NCBI RefSeq assembly: GCF_006345805.1
Contig: NC_043002.1
Location: forward strand, 2,666,001-2,730,000
From: Octopus sinensis
Taxonomy: Eukaryota
DNA length: 64,000 nucleotides
Direction of reading: 5' to 3'
The number at the start of each line of letters is the position of its first letter. Position 1 is the stretch's first letter. Under the pieces are notes generated by a model. That model saw nothing but the letters and a program-made list of their open reading frames with translations, was not told where the DNA came from and made no database searches. Shown piece by piece: positions 53,225 to 64,000 of the stretch. Made by a program: the position numbers and the translations under genes.

Positions 53225-53935
53225 GATGAAAAGTCTCAGCTTATTTGCTGGGTAAGATGGAAAGTGTCAGCTGTCCACAGCCAGCAGACTAAGGTGACAC
53301 TTGTTTTACTGGTCATGCTTCAAGAACCCTGAATTCTTGCAGTTCCAAGCAATGCTGATTTTTGTAGGTGTTCTACCTTCACACTTGCACCAATTTTTTT
53401 CAGCCAAGTTGGTAGTTGAGTGCTGATACTTCCAAATGCACCAATTACTATTGGCATCACGTCTACTCTCTTCGTTGACCACAACCTTCGTATTTTTCAC
53501 TTCAAATCGCCATAATTGTTTATTTTTTCTTCTTCTTTCTCTTTGACCCTGTTGTCACCGGGGCATGCTGTGTCGATTATCATGCATGTTATTTCTTTCT
53601 TATTCACCACAATAATGTCCGGTTTCTCATGTCTGGTCAGGTGATCGCCCTGTATCATAGCATCGCACGGGATTTTGCAGTTCTCATTCTCGGTGACTCT
53701 TTCTGGGGTTTGCTCATACCACGTCTTTGCTCTTTGTAGGCCCTGATTTCCACAGAGTTCCCAATGAATCATTCTTGCCACATTGTCATGTCGTATTTTA
53801 TATTCGTGCTGTGCCAATTTCGGGCATGCGCTATGTGCCATACCCTTTCACCCTTCTCACCACACATTCTGCATTTGTCGCTGTTGGTAGTGTTGTCGAT
53901 TTTGTATATCACGTAGTTAGTCCTTAATGCTTTAT
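53225..53935 (-). mobile_element. R4/Dong-like LINE C-terminal (CCHC + RLE) fragment
   Basis: ALRTNY..CRMCGEKGE, CPKLAQHEYKIRHDNVARMIHWELC, KPDIIVVNK..IIDTACPGD, KEEEKINNYGDLK. Confidence 0.88.
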
Positions 53936-53943
53936 TATTATTA

Positions 53944-54375
53944 CTGAATGAGCAGCGCATACCATCAAAGTGACACTGGGGTAAAATATACGAAGCCCTG
54001 TATACCCATCATGACTACCCGTCTGATAAGGGTACACTAGGCACATGTATCACAACCATATGCGCGCACATTACCTTGCAGGTGGGGCCCAGTTAAAACT
54101 TTCTTCAGTTCGAGTAACCCATCCCGCTCAAACGGTCCTTGAATAAGGATTGTTTAAGTATGTTGAACGAAACGCCCCAGAGGTGAATTATTCAAACCCC
54201 AAAGAATCCCTCTCGACAGTTGGCTATGATGCTCCCCCACTACTTCTGCTCGTGATCAGAGATGCACATATCGTCAGCCACTAAGGGACATGCTCAACTA
54301 GTTACGGTCAAACAACTGACAGGCAAGTCTATGATATTGAACAGAATGTTTGCTGTAGCCAATCTTTTGCACCAA
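53944..54375 (-). mobile_element. Family B retroposon, 5'-truncated with internal deletions
   Basis: Aligns with 11621-12090. Confidence 0.85.
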
Positions 54376-54376
54376 A

Positions 54377-54411
<35 letters not shown>

Positions 54412-54412
<1 letters not shown>

Positions 54413-55270
54413 CATTTAGTAGGGTTTTTTTTATATCGTGCTTTCACTTCACCACCGAGCGCAGCTCTATGTGCCTTGGGTTTGTGCTGTGATTTGTTGT
54501 GATGCTCTGATGGTTACTGTATTGAAAGTGTTCTGCGTAGGATGTGTGCAGTGCCTAGTAGTGCAATTTTCTGTATGTTATATGTGTTTGTAAGTCCTGG
54601 TGTTTTTGTTATGTATTTGTCTGAATATTTTTTATCATACCTAATGCACCTACAATGATAGGAATTGTTTCTGTTTTTAGATTCCACATTCGAGTTACTT
54701 TTAGAGACACGTTGTCATCTGCTGGTATTGATACATCAATTAGAAAGCAATTTTTTTTCTTCAATATCTCTGATAACTATATCTGGTCTGTTGGCCTTAA
54801 TTTCTCTATCTGTGTGTATCGGCATATCCCAGAGTATGGTTGCTTTCTCGTTTTCTGTGACCTTTTCTGGTGTGTGCCTATACCATCTTTTTTCTGTTGT
54901 TATTCCATAATGTTGGCATAGTTTCCAGTGTATATAGGTCCCAACTCTGTCGTGTCTGTGAATATATTCCTTCTTAGCCAGGACTGGGCAGCCAGAGATA
55001 ATATGATTTATTGTTTCTTGTCCATCTCCACATATTCTGCAGTTACTTGTTATATTTCTTTTCATTACATGTTTTTGGTAATTTCTGGTGGGGAGGCTTT
55101 GGTCTTGTTCTGCAATTAAAAATCCCTCTGTCTCTGCTTTGAGTCCTGAGCTTCTCAACTATTGCTGGGATTTTTCTTTGCTTATTTCTTTTGTATTTAG
55201 TTCAGTCCAATATTTGGCATGTAGGGGCTTTTCTTGCCATCGTTTTATCATGGTCCGTTGCTGTTTTAGT
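54412..55270 (-). mobile_element. R4/Dong-like LINE 3' fragment in (TAA)n
   Basis: GLKAETEGFLIAEQDQSLPTRNY, CRICGDGQETINHIISGCPVLAKKEYIHRHD, LWDMPIHTDREIKANRPDIV, QKIALLGTAHILRRTLS; (ATT)n on both flanks. Confidence 0.92.
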
Positions 55271-55364
55271 TTATTATTATTATTATCATCATTATTATTA
55301 TTATTATTATTATTATTAATATTATTATTATTATTATTATTATTATTGTTATTATAATTTTCTA

Positions 55365-55557
55365 AATCAGCGAGCTGACAGAGACGTTAGTGTATCAGAC
55401 AAAACGCTTAGAGGTATTTCGTCTGTCTTTACGTTCTGAGGTCGACTTTACTTTTCATGCTTTTGGGATCGATAAAATAATTACCAATTGAGTACTGGTG
55501 CCGATGTAACTGACTTAATCCCTTCTCCAAAATTGCTGGCCTTGTGCCTATAGTAGA

Positions 55558-55560
<3 letters not shown>
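55365..55560 (+). mobile_element. SINE family A
   Basis: Head, body and tail; small deletion in the B-box region. Confidence 0.8.
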
Positions 55561-55622
<62 letters not shown>

Positions 55623-55679
55623 TCATTATCAACATCATATCATTGCGTGCAGTGCAATAGTTTCCTGTCGTGTGGCAGT

Positions 55680-55900
55680 TTAAGAAGGCTGAGGAGTAAC
55701 AACGTACCCGATGTGATTGATGTGATTGATGTGATTGATGTCTGTACAGGGATGACTGAATGAAGATTGATGTCATCAGCGTAATAACTTATGTAGATGG
55801 AAGGAACAACTAGGAGAACACCATTAATATAGAGATGGGAACGTGTAAGGAGTTAGAGGCAAAGCAAGAGATAGCAGCCGTAGGTGTGAAAATGCAGGTT
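55680..55900 (-). mobile_element. Decayed LINE RT fragment (YADD)
   Basis: Minus strand HLYINGVL..SYYADDINLH. Confidence 0.55.
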
Positions 55901-57319
55901 TCCGTCGTTCACAAATGCTACGAGTGCGGTAAAACACAAAAGGTTTGAACCAAAATTATGAGAGTTCAAATCGGATCACCACCATCTCTGCTTAGTTTTT
56001 TTTTCCCATAGTATCTACTTCATAATTCTGGAAGCCCGAAACATGACACATTTTGTTTTTATTCGTGTTCTTCTTGTTGGAATACTTTTTTAATGATGAA
56101 ATAAATGAACAAGATATGATTTCTCTTCAGAATAGTCAATTAGAGATTATTGATTCGGTATTATTTTTTTCTCCCCTAAAAATTTATTTTCTTTCATTTT
56201 CTGCGTTTTTAAATTACTTTTATCTTAATTTCAAAACGAATATATTGATTTGTGTTTTTGTTAAGGTACATCACCACTCGGTATTAAGGCAGAGAGATTT
56301 CAACCATTAAACTTCCCTTCTCAGCGCTGAAGGAGGAAGAGGAGAAAGAAGAGCAGCCAAATACTGTTAGAGATTTAAAACGCTGCTTCACAAGTTCCTG
56401 CCAGTTCGTTATACATATTTATCTTGCTTCCATATTATATCGATTCCTACCTTTAATTCAATTTTGTTTCTTCATTTTGATTGATCTCACTGAGTTAATC
56501 TAATTCTTTTTGGAGAGGCATGAACACTAAAACAACGTCTGAACAACACCAACGTTTACTACTAACTTCAAAAGTTATCGATGATCGCTTTACCCAAATG
56601 TTGCACGGCTTTGTTTTCTCTTGTTATAAATTACTGTATTTAATTTAATTTTCCTCGAAAACAATTCATTAAAATTTTTAGATGATAGTTCCTACAAGAC
56701 ACCCTCAATTATAATTTTGTATTACAGCACCGTATAACAGTGTTCAATGGCACCATAAAAATGGTTAAGTACATCAGTTTGAGATTCGACACTTGAAACA
56801 AAATCAAAAGAATATTTGTGATTTCATTTCAATATGAGAAAATTATAATTAAAAATGAAAAATAGGGATTAAGTAGAGATTAAAAAGAGAATTAATAATA
56901 ATATTATCGTCTAAATGCGATTCACCTGAATGAATGCAAGCATTTAAAGAAGATTGTTTAGAATTAGTTTTCGTTGTTGTTTTGAAAGGATTAAGTCCTA
57001 CTTTAAATCGCATTAAGAAAAATATTTTTACGATTAAATCATAATGATATTTTCCAATAAATCGCGAAAACAAATTGTTTATTATGAAAACTAACGCTCT
57101 TAGATTATGCGTGTGACTAACTTGAGATAATGTAATTATTAAGTATGATTATAAAATATTTATCTTATTAAACACCATTTAATTTGCTTATTTATATGTA
57201 AACATGAATAACTATTTAAGCATAGATACAAGGCCACACATTTTATGGAAGGTTGTAATCGATTAAACCGACTCCAGCACTTGATTAGTACATACTTTAA
57301 CTATGTACTTAACATATGA

Positions 57320-57600
57320 AGGTGCGTGAGTAAGTGGTTAGGTGCAGCCGGCTCACAATCGTAAGACCATGAGTTCGATACTCAGCAAGATGTTGTGTCT
57401 TTTGGAGCAAGGCACTTTTTATAACGTTGCTCCGTTCCACTAAGCTGGCCAAAATGAGTGGCCCCTGTATCTCGAAGGGCCAGTTCTGTTACATGCAACA
57501 TCAAGCTGAATCTCACCGAGAACTACGTTAATGGTGCACGTGTCTAAGGAGTACTCGAGTACTTGATTTCATAAGCGGGCTGTTCCGCTGTGAGCAACGA
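57320..57600 (+). mobile_element. Old CORE-type SINE
   Basis: B box GAGTTCGATAC; CORE-like GATGTTGTGTCTTTGGAGCAAGGCACTT. Confidence 0.65.
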
Positions 57601-59543
57601 ATGCCAGTTACTTAACAAGTATATAAAACAGGAAAAATGGTTGGAGTAGTAGGAAGATTATGAAGACGACTTCTGATGATTTTGTGGTTGTGGTTTTAAA
57701 AGGTTGGTTAGTCACGTCAGTCATTCGATCTAACATCGCCAATCACTGTTTTGTAAGTATAAATAATATCGTCTTTATCTGTCTTTTGTCAGAAAATGTT
57801 ATCAGATCGTATAAAACAAAAATAATAATAATAAACTAGAAAACAAAACGAAAATCTAATTAGAAATATTGCTTCTTGTGGTGAACACAACTTCCGCCAG
57901 GGATTTACTTACTGAATAAAATGTACACTTCATCAAATGGTTCGCAGCTTCCCTTATCATCTTGTCATACTTCCCTGGAAACTAAGCAGTTAAAATCGCA
58001 TCAGCACCAGAATACGAAATGACGACTAATAATTCCAAAAACCATTGTCTTATCCTTTTGGCTGCTCCAATTAGAAAATGGCGTTAGAAGTATTCTATTT
58101 GTAAACAACACGCTGTCTCCAAATCAATATTTTTTTATCTTCTTCGTCTCTACAGCTTCAGTCATTTTAAACACACAATTACATTCAATTGGCATATTTC
58201 AGTAACTATCGACAATTCAAAGAGGAATCTTATTTTTCTATAGCTTCATCGTTTGAAACTTTGATAGATGAGATGAAAGATTTCCTATTCTAATTAATTT
58301 TTTTTTTATCTTTTGCATATCTTTCTGTTTTCGTAGATCAATAGTAGGACAGAATATGAAAGAAATGTATAGAATCTTTTCTTTATGCACAAATGTTAAT
58401 GCTTGTCGAAAGAAAATAATAAAACAGGGAAACTCAATGGAACTAATAAGAACTGTACAAAGATTGTCAAAACGGACTAGCAATAATACAGCCATTTTAT
58501 TAGTGGTGCAGCTTCTCAATATGCCTTAAGCAATTGGCACACTGTTTTATTCTGTGATCTACTTTCAATCAATTCTGACCAAAATGGAGCAAATATACCA
58601 AGAGGTACGCGATCGACTAATTACAGACAATAAAATCATAGCAACTTATTTGTATTGGCAGATTTAGTGCCACACTTCCCTGGCAACTTATCAGATGACC
58701 TTTTTGGTCTTCTTCGATAGAATTAGTACCAGTAATAACCCAATTATAGGCGAGACACAAATATGGCAAAGAGTCTCTTCATTTAATTCTGTAAAACTTT
58801 ATATAATATTATTTTAAAGATTGTCCTTCATTTAGTTCTGTACAACTTTATAGAACATGGTGGGTCCTCTTCTTTCCGCTATGTTACACTCTTTGACTCC
58901 TGCATTTTTTCTACAAGTGTTTCCATCGTCATTGCGCTGGTGAGTTTTCTGATCCATTACTCTCCGTCAACACCTTCAAACATGTCACCCGCTTCTCCTC
59001 CCAGGCACATCATTTCTCCGTTGAGCCGTAAGGTCCCCAATCGCTTCTTTCTACGAATTGCTTCTCCTTCGAACTCCTTATCATCGTCTATGATATTCAG
59101 TTGTTTGAATTGACACCTTTTGAATTAGTAGGGCTCTTCTTTTCCTTCTTTGTAATCCCTTACGTCTCAGTCCCTGGTTTGGGACAAAACTTTATTTTTA
59201 AAAATGTATTTCAAAGACTATCTTTCACTTAATTCTTTAAAACTTTATAAAACAGATACATTTGAAAAGCGGGAGAATCCTGGTTGAGTCGGATACACAC
59301 TCATAGAGGTTTGAAACTCCAAAGACAGGAAAACTGAAAAGATTGTGTTTGTTTCAAATGTTCTTTGGTGACACGTTTGTCTTTACTTGTATTCCTCTGA
59401 GAATATGAACGGGAATCTATGAAAAAAGTTTAACTGTGACAGGCAGGTGCTTAATAACATAGGTATAACAGAGAGTGTTAGAAAAAAGAAAGAAAGAAAG
59501 AAAGAAAGAAAGAAGAAGAAAGAAAGAAAGAAAGAAAGGAGGA

Positions 59544-59575
<32 letters not shown>

Positions 59576-59924
59576 AAATAGGAAAGACAGAGAATCATGA
59601 AAATATGATTATGTTGATAGAGAGTTTGTTAAATGAAGTATTTGGGCAAAGTGACACCGTTTTATGAAGGATGTCGCTTCTTTTGGAGAATTACATCAAA
59701 ATCTGAGAAAGTAACAACAGGGGTGTCTGACACTGGAAACTGGAATAAATGAAGTGGAATCTATCAACCGATCTCCTTTCGTATTCCTCTACGCTACTCA
59801 CAAAAATGTGAAACATTTTATTTGGTTTAAATAAAACAATCAATTGTATCGGATTTTAAAAAACTTTTTGTAACAAAAAGAACTGTTGATATGTTTTGCA
59901 GAGGTGTTTACAAAATATAAGAGA

Positions 59925-60130
59925 AAGTGGTGAGCTGGCAGAATCGTTAGCGCTTCGGGCAAAATGCTTAGCAGCATTTCGCCTGTCTTTATGTTCTGGG
60001 TTCAAATTCCGCTGAGGTCGACTTTGCCTTTCGGGAACGATAAAATAAGTTCCAGTTGAGTACTGGGGTCGCTGTAATCGACTTAGCCCTCTCCCCCGGA
60101 ACCGCTGGCTTTGTGCCAAAGTTTGAAACC
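59925..60130 (+). mobile_element. SINE family A
   Basis: Head GGTGAGCTGGCAGAATCGTTAG to tail TGTGCCAAAGTTTGAAACC. Confidence 0.88.
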
Positions 60131-61104
60131 ATTATGTAATTGAAGTGAAATGGTTCGACCTGGCAAGTATGGCTGTGTGATTGAGAAGTTCGCGTCGCAG
60201 TCATGTAGTTCTGGGTTCAGTTCCACCACTCAATACGAAAAGTAATTGTCTTCAACAATAACCTCGTGCTAACCGAAACTTTTCAATGGTAAACTTCATT
60301 TTTCACCCAGTTTAACAGCGCCGATTGATGCTTCAACTGGATTCCATCCTGTTGCCGACATTCACAACAACTTTAAATGCACTGATTCCAACTGCGGTAA
60401 TCCATGAAGAATATTTCCTTCATCTCTCTACTGCACCAGTCCCAAATCTTCTAAGAAGGTTATCAGTGCTAACCTTTCACTCTCTGATAAAGTTAAAACC
60501 GGAACCGGAATGCAAACTGATCCCAAGATTCGGTTCACTGGCAAGAGCGCAATATTGCGTCCGGCACTGACCCATCCAACCAGTGAATACATTACATTCT
60601 TAGATTGTTATGCAATAACAATTTACCGAAATGTGATTCTTCATTCACGAAGCAAAAAGAAAAGCTAATGTAAAAACCGAACTTAGGATTTTATGGTGAA
60701 AAAGAAACACATTTCAGAAAAAAAATGTAATTTTACGCTTCACGTCTTCGTCGTCTCTCTCTCTCTTTTTTTGTCTTAATCCTTGTCTAGTTTGATAGGT
60801 TCGTTGTAATTAAGTAATTAGCGAAGGTATTTAACAGAAAAGTCGCTTATATAAATAAACGGAGTAAATCTACTTAATTATATTTAATAATCATAATTAT
60901 TTCCCAAACATTTTGGTGTACATCAAGTACAGTTGGGTCCTGTCGATGTTTTTAGAAATAAAGATTTATTGAAAACATGGGAAATGATATTCTACAGATT
61001 CACAGCATTAATTAACTTGGTTCGGTTGCAGCTTGTTTAGCAATTTCATGCAACTTCTTCCATATTCCACTGGAAGATGTGTGTGTGTGTCTATTTAAAC
61101 ATAC

Positions 61105-61135
<31 letters not shown>

Positions 61136-61171
61136 CATACATACATACATACATACATACATACATACATA

Positions 61172-61506
61172 GATGATGGCTGCCCCCTCATCGAGTATGG
61201 CCATTGCACGAAGCTCAACTGTTATTGGTGCTGTGATCGAATGTGACTTTTTAGCCCAGCTAAAGATCTACAATGTCTTGTACAGAATTGGCAGCTAAAA
61301 CCTTTACTGGTAATAGCTGGCTGCAGTTGTAACTGGGCTTCGTGTACCTTTGCATGTCGTTTAAGTCCTCCTGCCGAATTACACTCTCTTCCACATGCCC
61401 GACAGATATGATTAGTATGGTGTGTTACACCACCACCAGTGGCCAGGTTGTCACTTATCTGTCTCGCTTTATGACTACGAAGATGACTCTTGAGTCCAGC
61501 TTTACT
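61172..61506 (-). mobile_element. Retroelement 3' end (RTE-like) encoding tandem C2H2 zinc fingers, in (ATAC)n
   Basis: SKAGLKSHLRSH (partial), CRACGRECNSAGGLKRHAKVH (CX2CX12HX3H), CQFCTRHCRSLAGLKSHIRSQH (CX2CX12HX4H), stop at 61222; tail shared with 14118 and 63894. Confidence 0.72.
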
Positions 61507-61562
61507 GTATGTATGTATGTATGTATGTATGTATGTATGTATGTATGTATGTAGACCCTGCC

Positions 61563-61596
<34 letters not shown>

Positions 61597-61624
61597 TACA
61601 CACACATACACACACACACATACA

Positions 61625-62050
61625 TGGTGAAAGTCAACTTCGTGACCAAGTAAGACCTCTTACTAAACTCAAGAAGCCCGTGCAAACGTACCGAGAATCC
61701 AAGCAGTTTCTGTGTATGAATTTGTTTTGGGGTGGATGAATTGTTGCACAGCACTGAACCGACTTTCCAGCGCAATCAGCTTTCATAAAAGTGACACAAC
61801 ATAAGCGGCGGCAACCAGAAACCGACTGCACTTTAGTTGTGCTTTATACGAGTTTAACCTCTAAAAGGAAGTTCTAGCAAGAACCGGGGGCCCTTTATTC
61901 TCATTTGTTCATATACTAGTGAACCTACAGCTGGGGCCTTAACAGGTGCCACAACTCCGAATTAGAGTAGACCGAGGAACAATAGTGGCTCAGAGGTGGT
62001 TACACTCTAATCAAAACCCATAACAGGGCCCCTCTATTGGATTCAGTTTA
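61625..62050 (-). mobile_element. Possible RTE-like 5' UTR and decayed endonuclease start
   Basis: Weak minus-strand resemblance (TAWILGT..EVLLGHEVDF) to the start of an APE domain; GC-richer, hairpin-rich. Confidence 0.3.
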
Positions 62051-62130
62051 AAGTCAAACACACACACACGCACACACACATACACACACACACACTCACA
62101 CACACTCACATACACACACTCACACACACT

Positions 62131-62161
<31 letters not shown>

Positions 62162-62899
62162 TGATGATGGTGGCTGTCTACTCATGATCGAAGAAAACCA
62201 TTGTTGACCATTGCCCATGTAAAATGCCTGCAATACCCATACATGAGGTCAATGCACCACCAGTCCGCTTCACCTGTGTTTGCATCCGCAGCTTCCATGC
62301 TCACCTCGGCTCCCTCCATCCCGACCGGGCTTCACATAGTTTCCTTGCCAGCGATTGCACAACCTAAAATTTTAAGCCCAATAAAGCTTTTACAACACAT
62401 CCCAGACCCTTTCTACCCCCACTGACATGATCCAGAGAGAGGCCAGGGCAAGATATCCAGTGCCAATATCGATTGCAGCCTCAGGAATGTGGCAGCACCA
62501 TGGCATCAAGCGCAAGCAAAAGATCACCAAAAATGTTCAATGCCATTCCCTTCATTCCTGGTTTTATGTCAGAGTGTCCTTCCCCCAGAGTTGTGATTTA
62601 ACAAAAGATAAGGGTTTCCTCACTTCCAGTGGTCTCCCAGCAATCTGGATGCCAACCCAGAATTTCAGAGGACCCGTGCTATTGCTAGATTGTCGTTGAA
62701 CCTACACAAGGCTCGTCTGTTCTAATCACAGGTCTTGGTTTTGGTCCTGCTGGGTTTCTAGTAACAGTCCTCAACAGGTAAGCCTTATCGGGCTGCGAGT
62801 TGTACTGGATTCCATGTTACCAGTAGCACACACATAAGTGACCTCACACACATATACATATATGTGTGTGTATGTATGTATGTATGTATGTATGTATAT

Positions 62900-63100
62900 A
62901 TATATATATATATATATTTGGAATTTACAAAATACAAAAGACGACAGGTGTGTAAACAACAAACAGGTGTATTAGTTTAACGCTCGGGAAGGTGAGAAAG
63001 TCTTTTACGTTTTGAGCCTATGCTTGTCAACAGAAAGGAACACGAGAAAATAAACAGAGAAAGAATTAAAAAATGAAACCTTTAGTGGCTAGCGGTCAAT
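62900..63100 (-). mobile_element. Penelope-like terminal-repeat remnant with a hammerhead-like relic
   Basis: Minus strand CTGTTGACAAGCATAGGCTCAAAACGTAAAAGA followed by an AT-rich UTR-like segment. Confidence 0.35.
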
Positions 63101-63194
63101 CATGGTGATGGCCGGATATGGGTGGTCAGACAGAAGAGCTAGGAAGAAGGGAGATAATAAAGTAGTGGTGATCCTAAAACGAATTGCGCGTACG

Positions 63195-63360
63195 TGACAA
63201 GGCCAATAATTTTGGAGGCGGGATAAGTCGATTACATCCACCCCAGCGCTCAACTGGTATTTATTTCATCGACCCTGAAAGGATGAAAGACAAAGTCGAC
63301 CTCGGCGGAACTTGAACTCAGAACGTAACGACAGACAAAATGCCACTAAGCATTACGTAT
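63195..63360 (-). mobile_element. SINE family A
   Basis: Reverse complement of the family A body. Confidence 0.85.
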
Positions 63361-63569
63361 AGCTAGACTCGCATTTCAGAGAAATCTTTATGCGATTTAC
63401 AAACACGAGGACAAGAGCTCAAGAAAGTATTAGGATAAAATATTTAGTAAGTGAGGGCTAATATAATCAATGTGCAATTAATTATAATTAGAGCGGAAAT
63501 GTATCGAGTAATTATTTGCTGTAACAATTCTGCTCAAAAAAGGAGACACGTGCACACAGACATAGACAT

Positions 63570-63603
63570 ACATACACACTTATACACACACACACATACA
63601 CAC

Positions 63604-63649
<46 letters not shown>

Positions 63650-63772
63650 CATGCATACATACATACAGACAGACAGACAGCTAGATAGATAGATAGATAC
63701 ATACATACATACATACATACATACATACAGACAGACAGACAGACAGACTGACTGACTGACTGACTGACTGAC

Positions 63773-63807
<35 letters not shown>

Positions 63808-63893
63808 AAAAATGCATACATACATACATACATAAATACATACATACATACAGATAGATAGAAAGATAGATAGATGAATAAATAGATACATAC
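63570..63893. repeat. Compound (CA)/(TA)/(ATAC)/(GACA)/(GACT)/(GATA) microsatellite
   Basis: Direct reading. Confidence 0.95.
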
Positions 63894-64000
63894 ATGACGG
63901 CTGTCCCCTCGTTATCGAGTATGGCCATTGCACGAAGCTTAACTGTTATTGGTGCTGTGATCGAATGTGACTTTTATTTGCTTTTTAAGGCTACAGCCAG
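63894..64000 (-). mobile_element. RTE-like 3' tail, runs off the window
   Basis: Near-identical to 14118-14218. Confidence 0.8.

Noticed and set aside
55773-55779. Minus-strand CTGATGA
   Set aside because: It encodes the ADD of a YADD reverse-transcriptase motif; no GAAA partner.
58850-59170. Decayed LINE C-terminus (also 62165-62460)
   Set aside because: Only vague resemblance to RTE C-terminal text, with many stops; not enough to call.

Overview
Repeat-saturated, AT-rich eukaryotic non-coding DNA, most likely octopus (coleoid cephalopod). That assignment is inferred from the tRNA-derived SINE families and the extreme microsatellite density. No host protein-coding gene can be supported; most ORFs in the track are microsatellite or satellite artefacts. 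Contents: (1) a 5'-truncated CR1-group LINE (21299-23689) whose 2.3-kb RT frame is broken only by one TGA at a conserved Trp; (2) about 8 fragments of R4/Dong-like restriction-endonuclease LINEs in (TAA)n or (ATAC)n tracts; (3) RTE-like remnants, one ending in tandem C2H2 fingers; (4) many SINEs from at least three families; (5) mariner/Tc1 remnants and a Helentron-type HINE; (6) a 3.3-kb 55-bp satellite; (7) two long palindromes. The most notable signal is a set of type I hammerhead ribozyme motifs of the Penelope-element kind. One has an intact core (49876-49955, +). One sits at the centre of a palindrome whose inverted arm starts at the predicted cleavage site (31801-32162). Several more are decayed. 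All alignments and folds were done by eye; element family names come from recalled motifs and need database confirmation.
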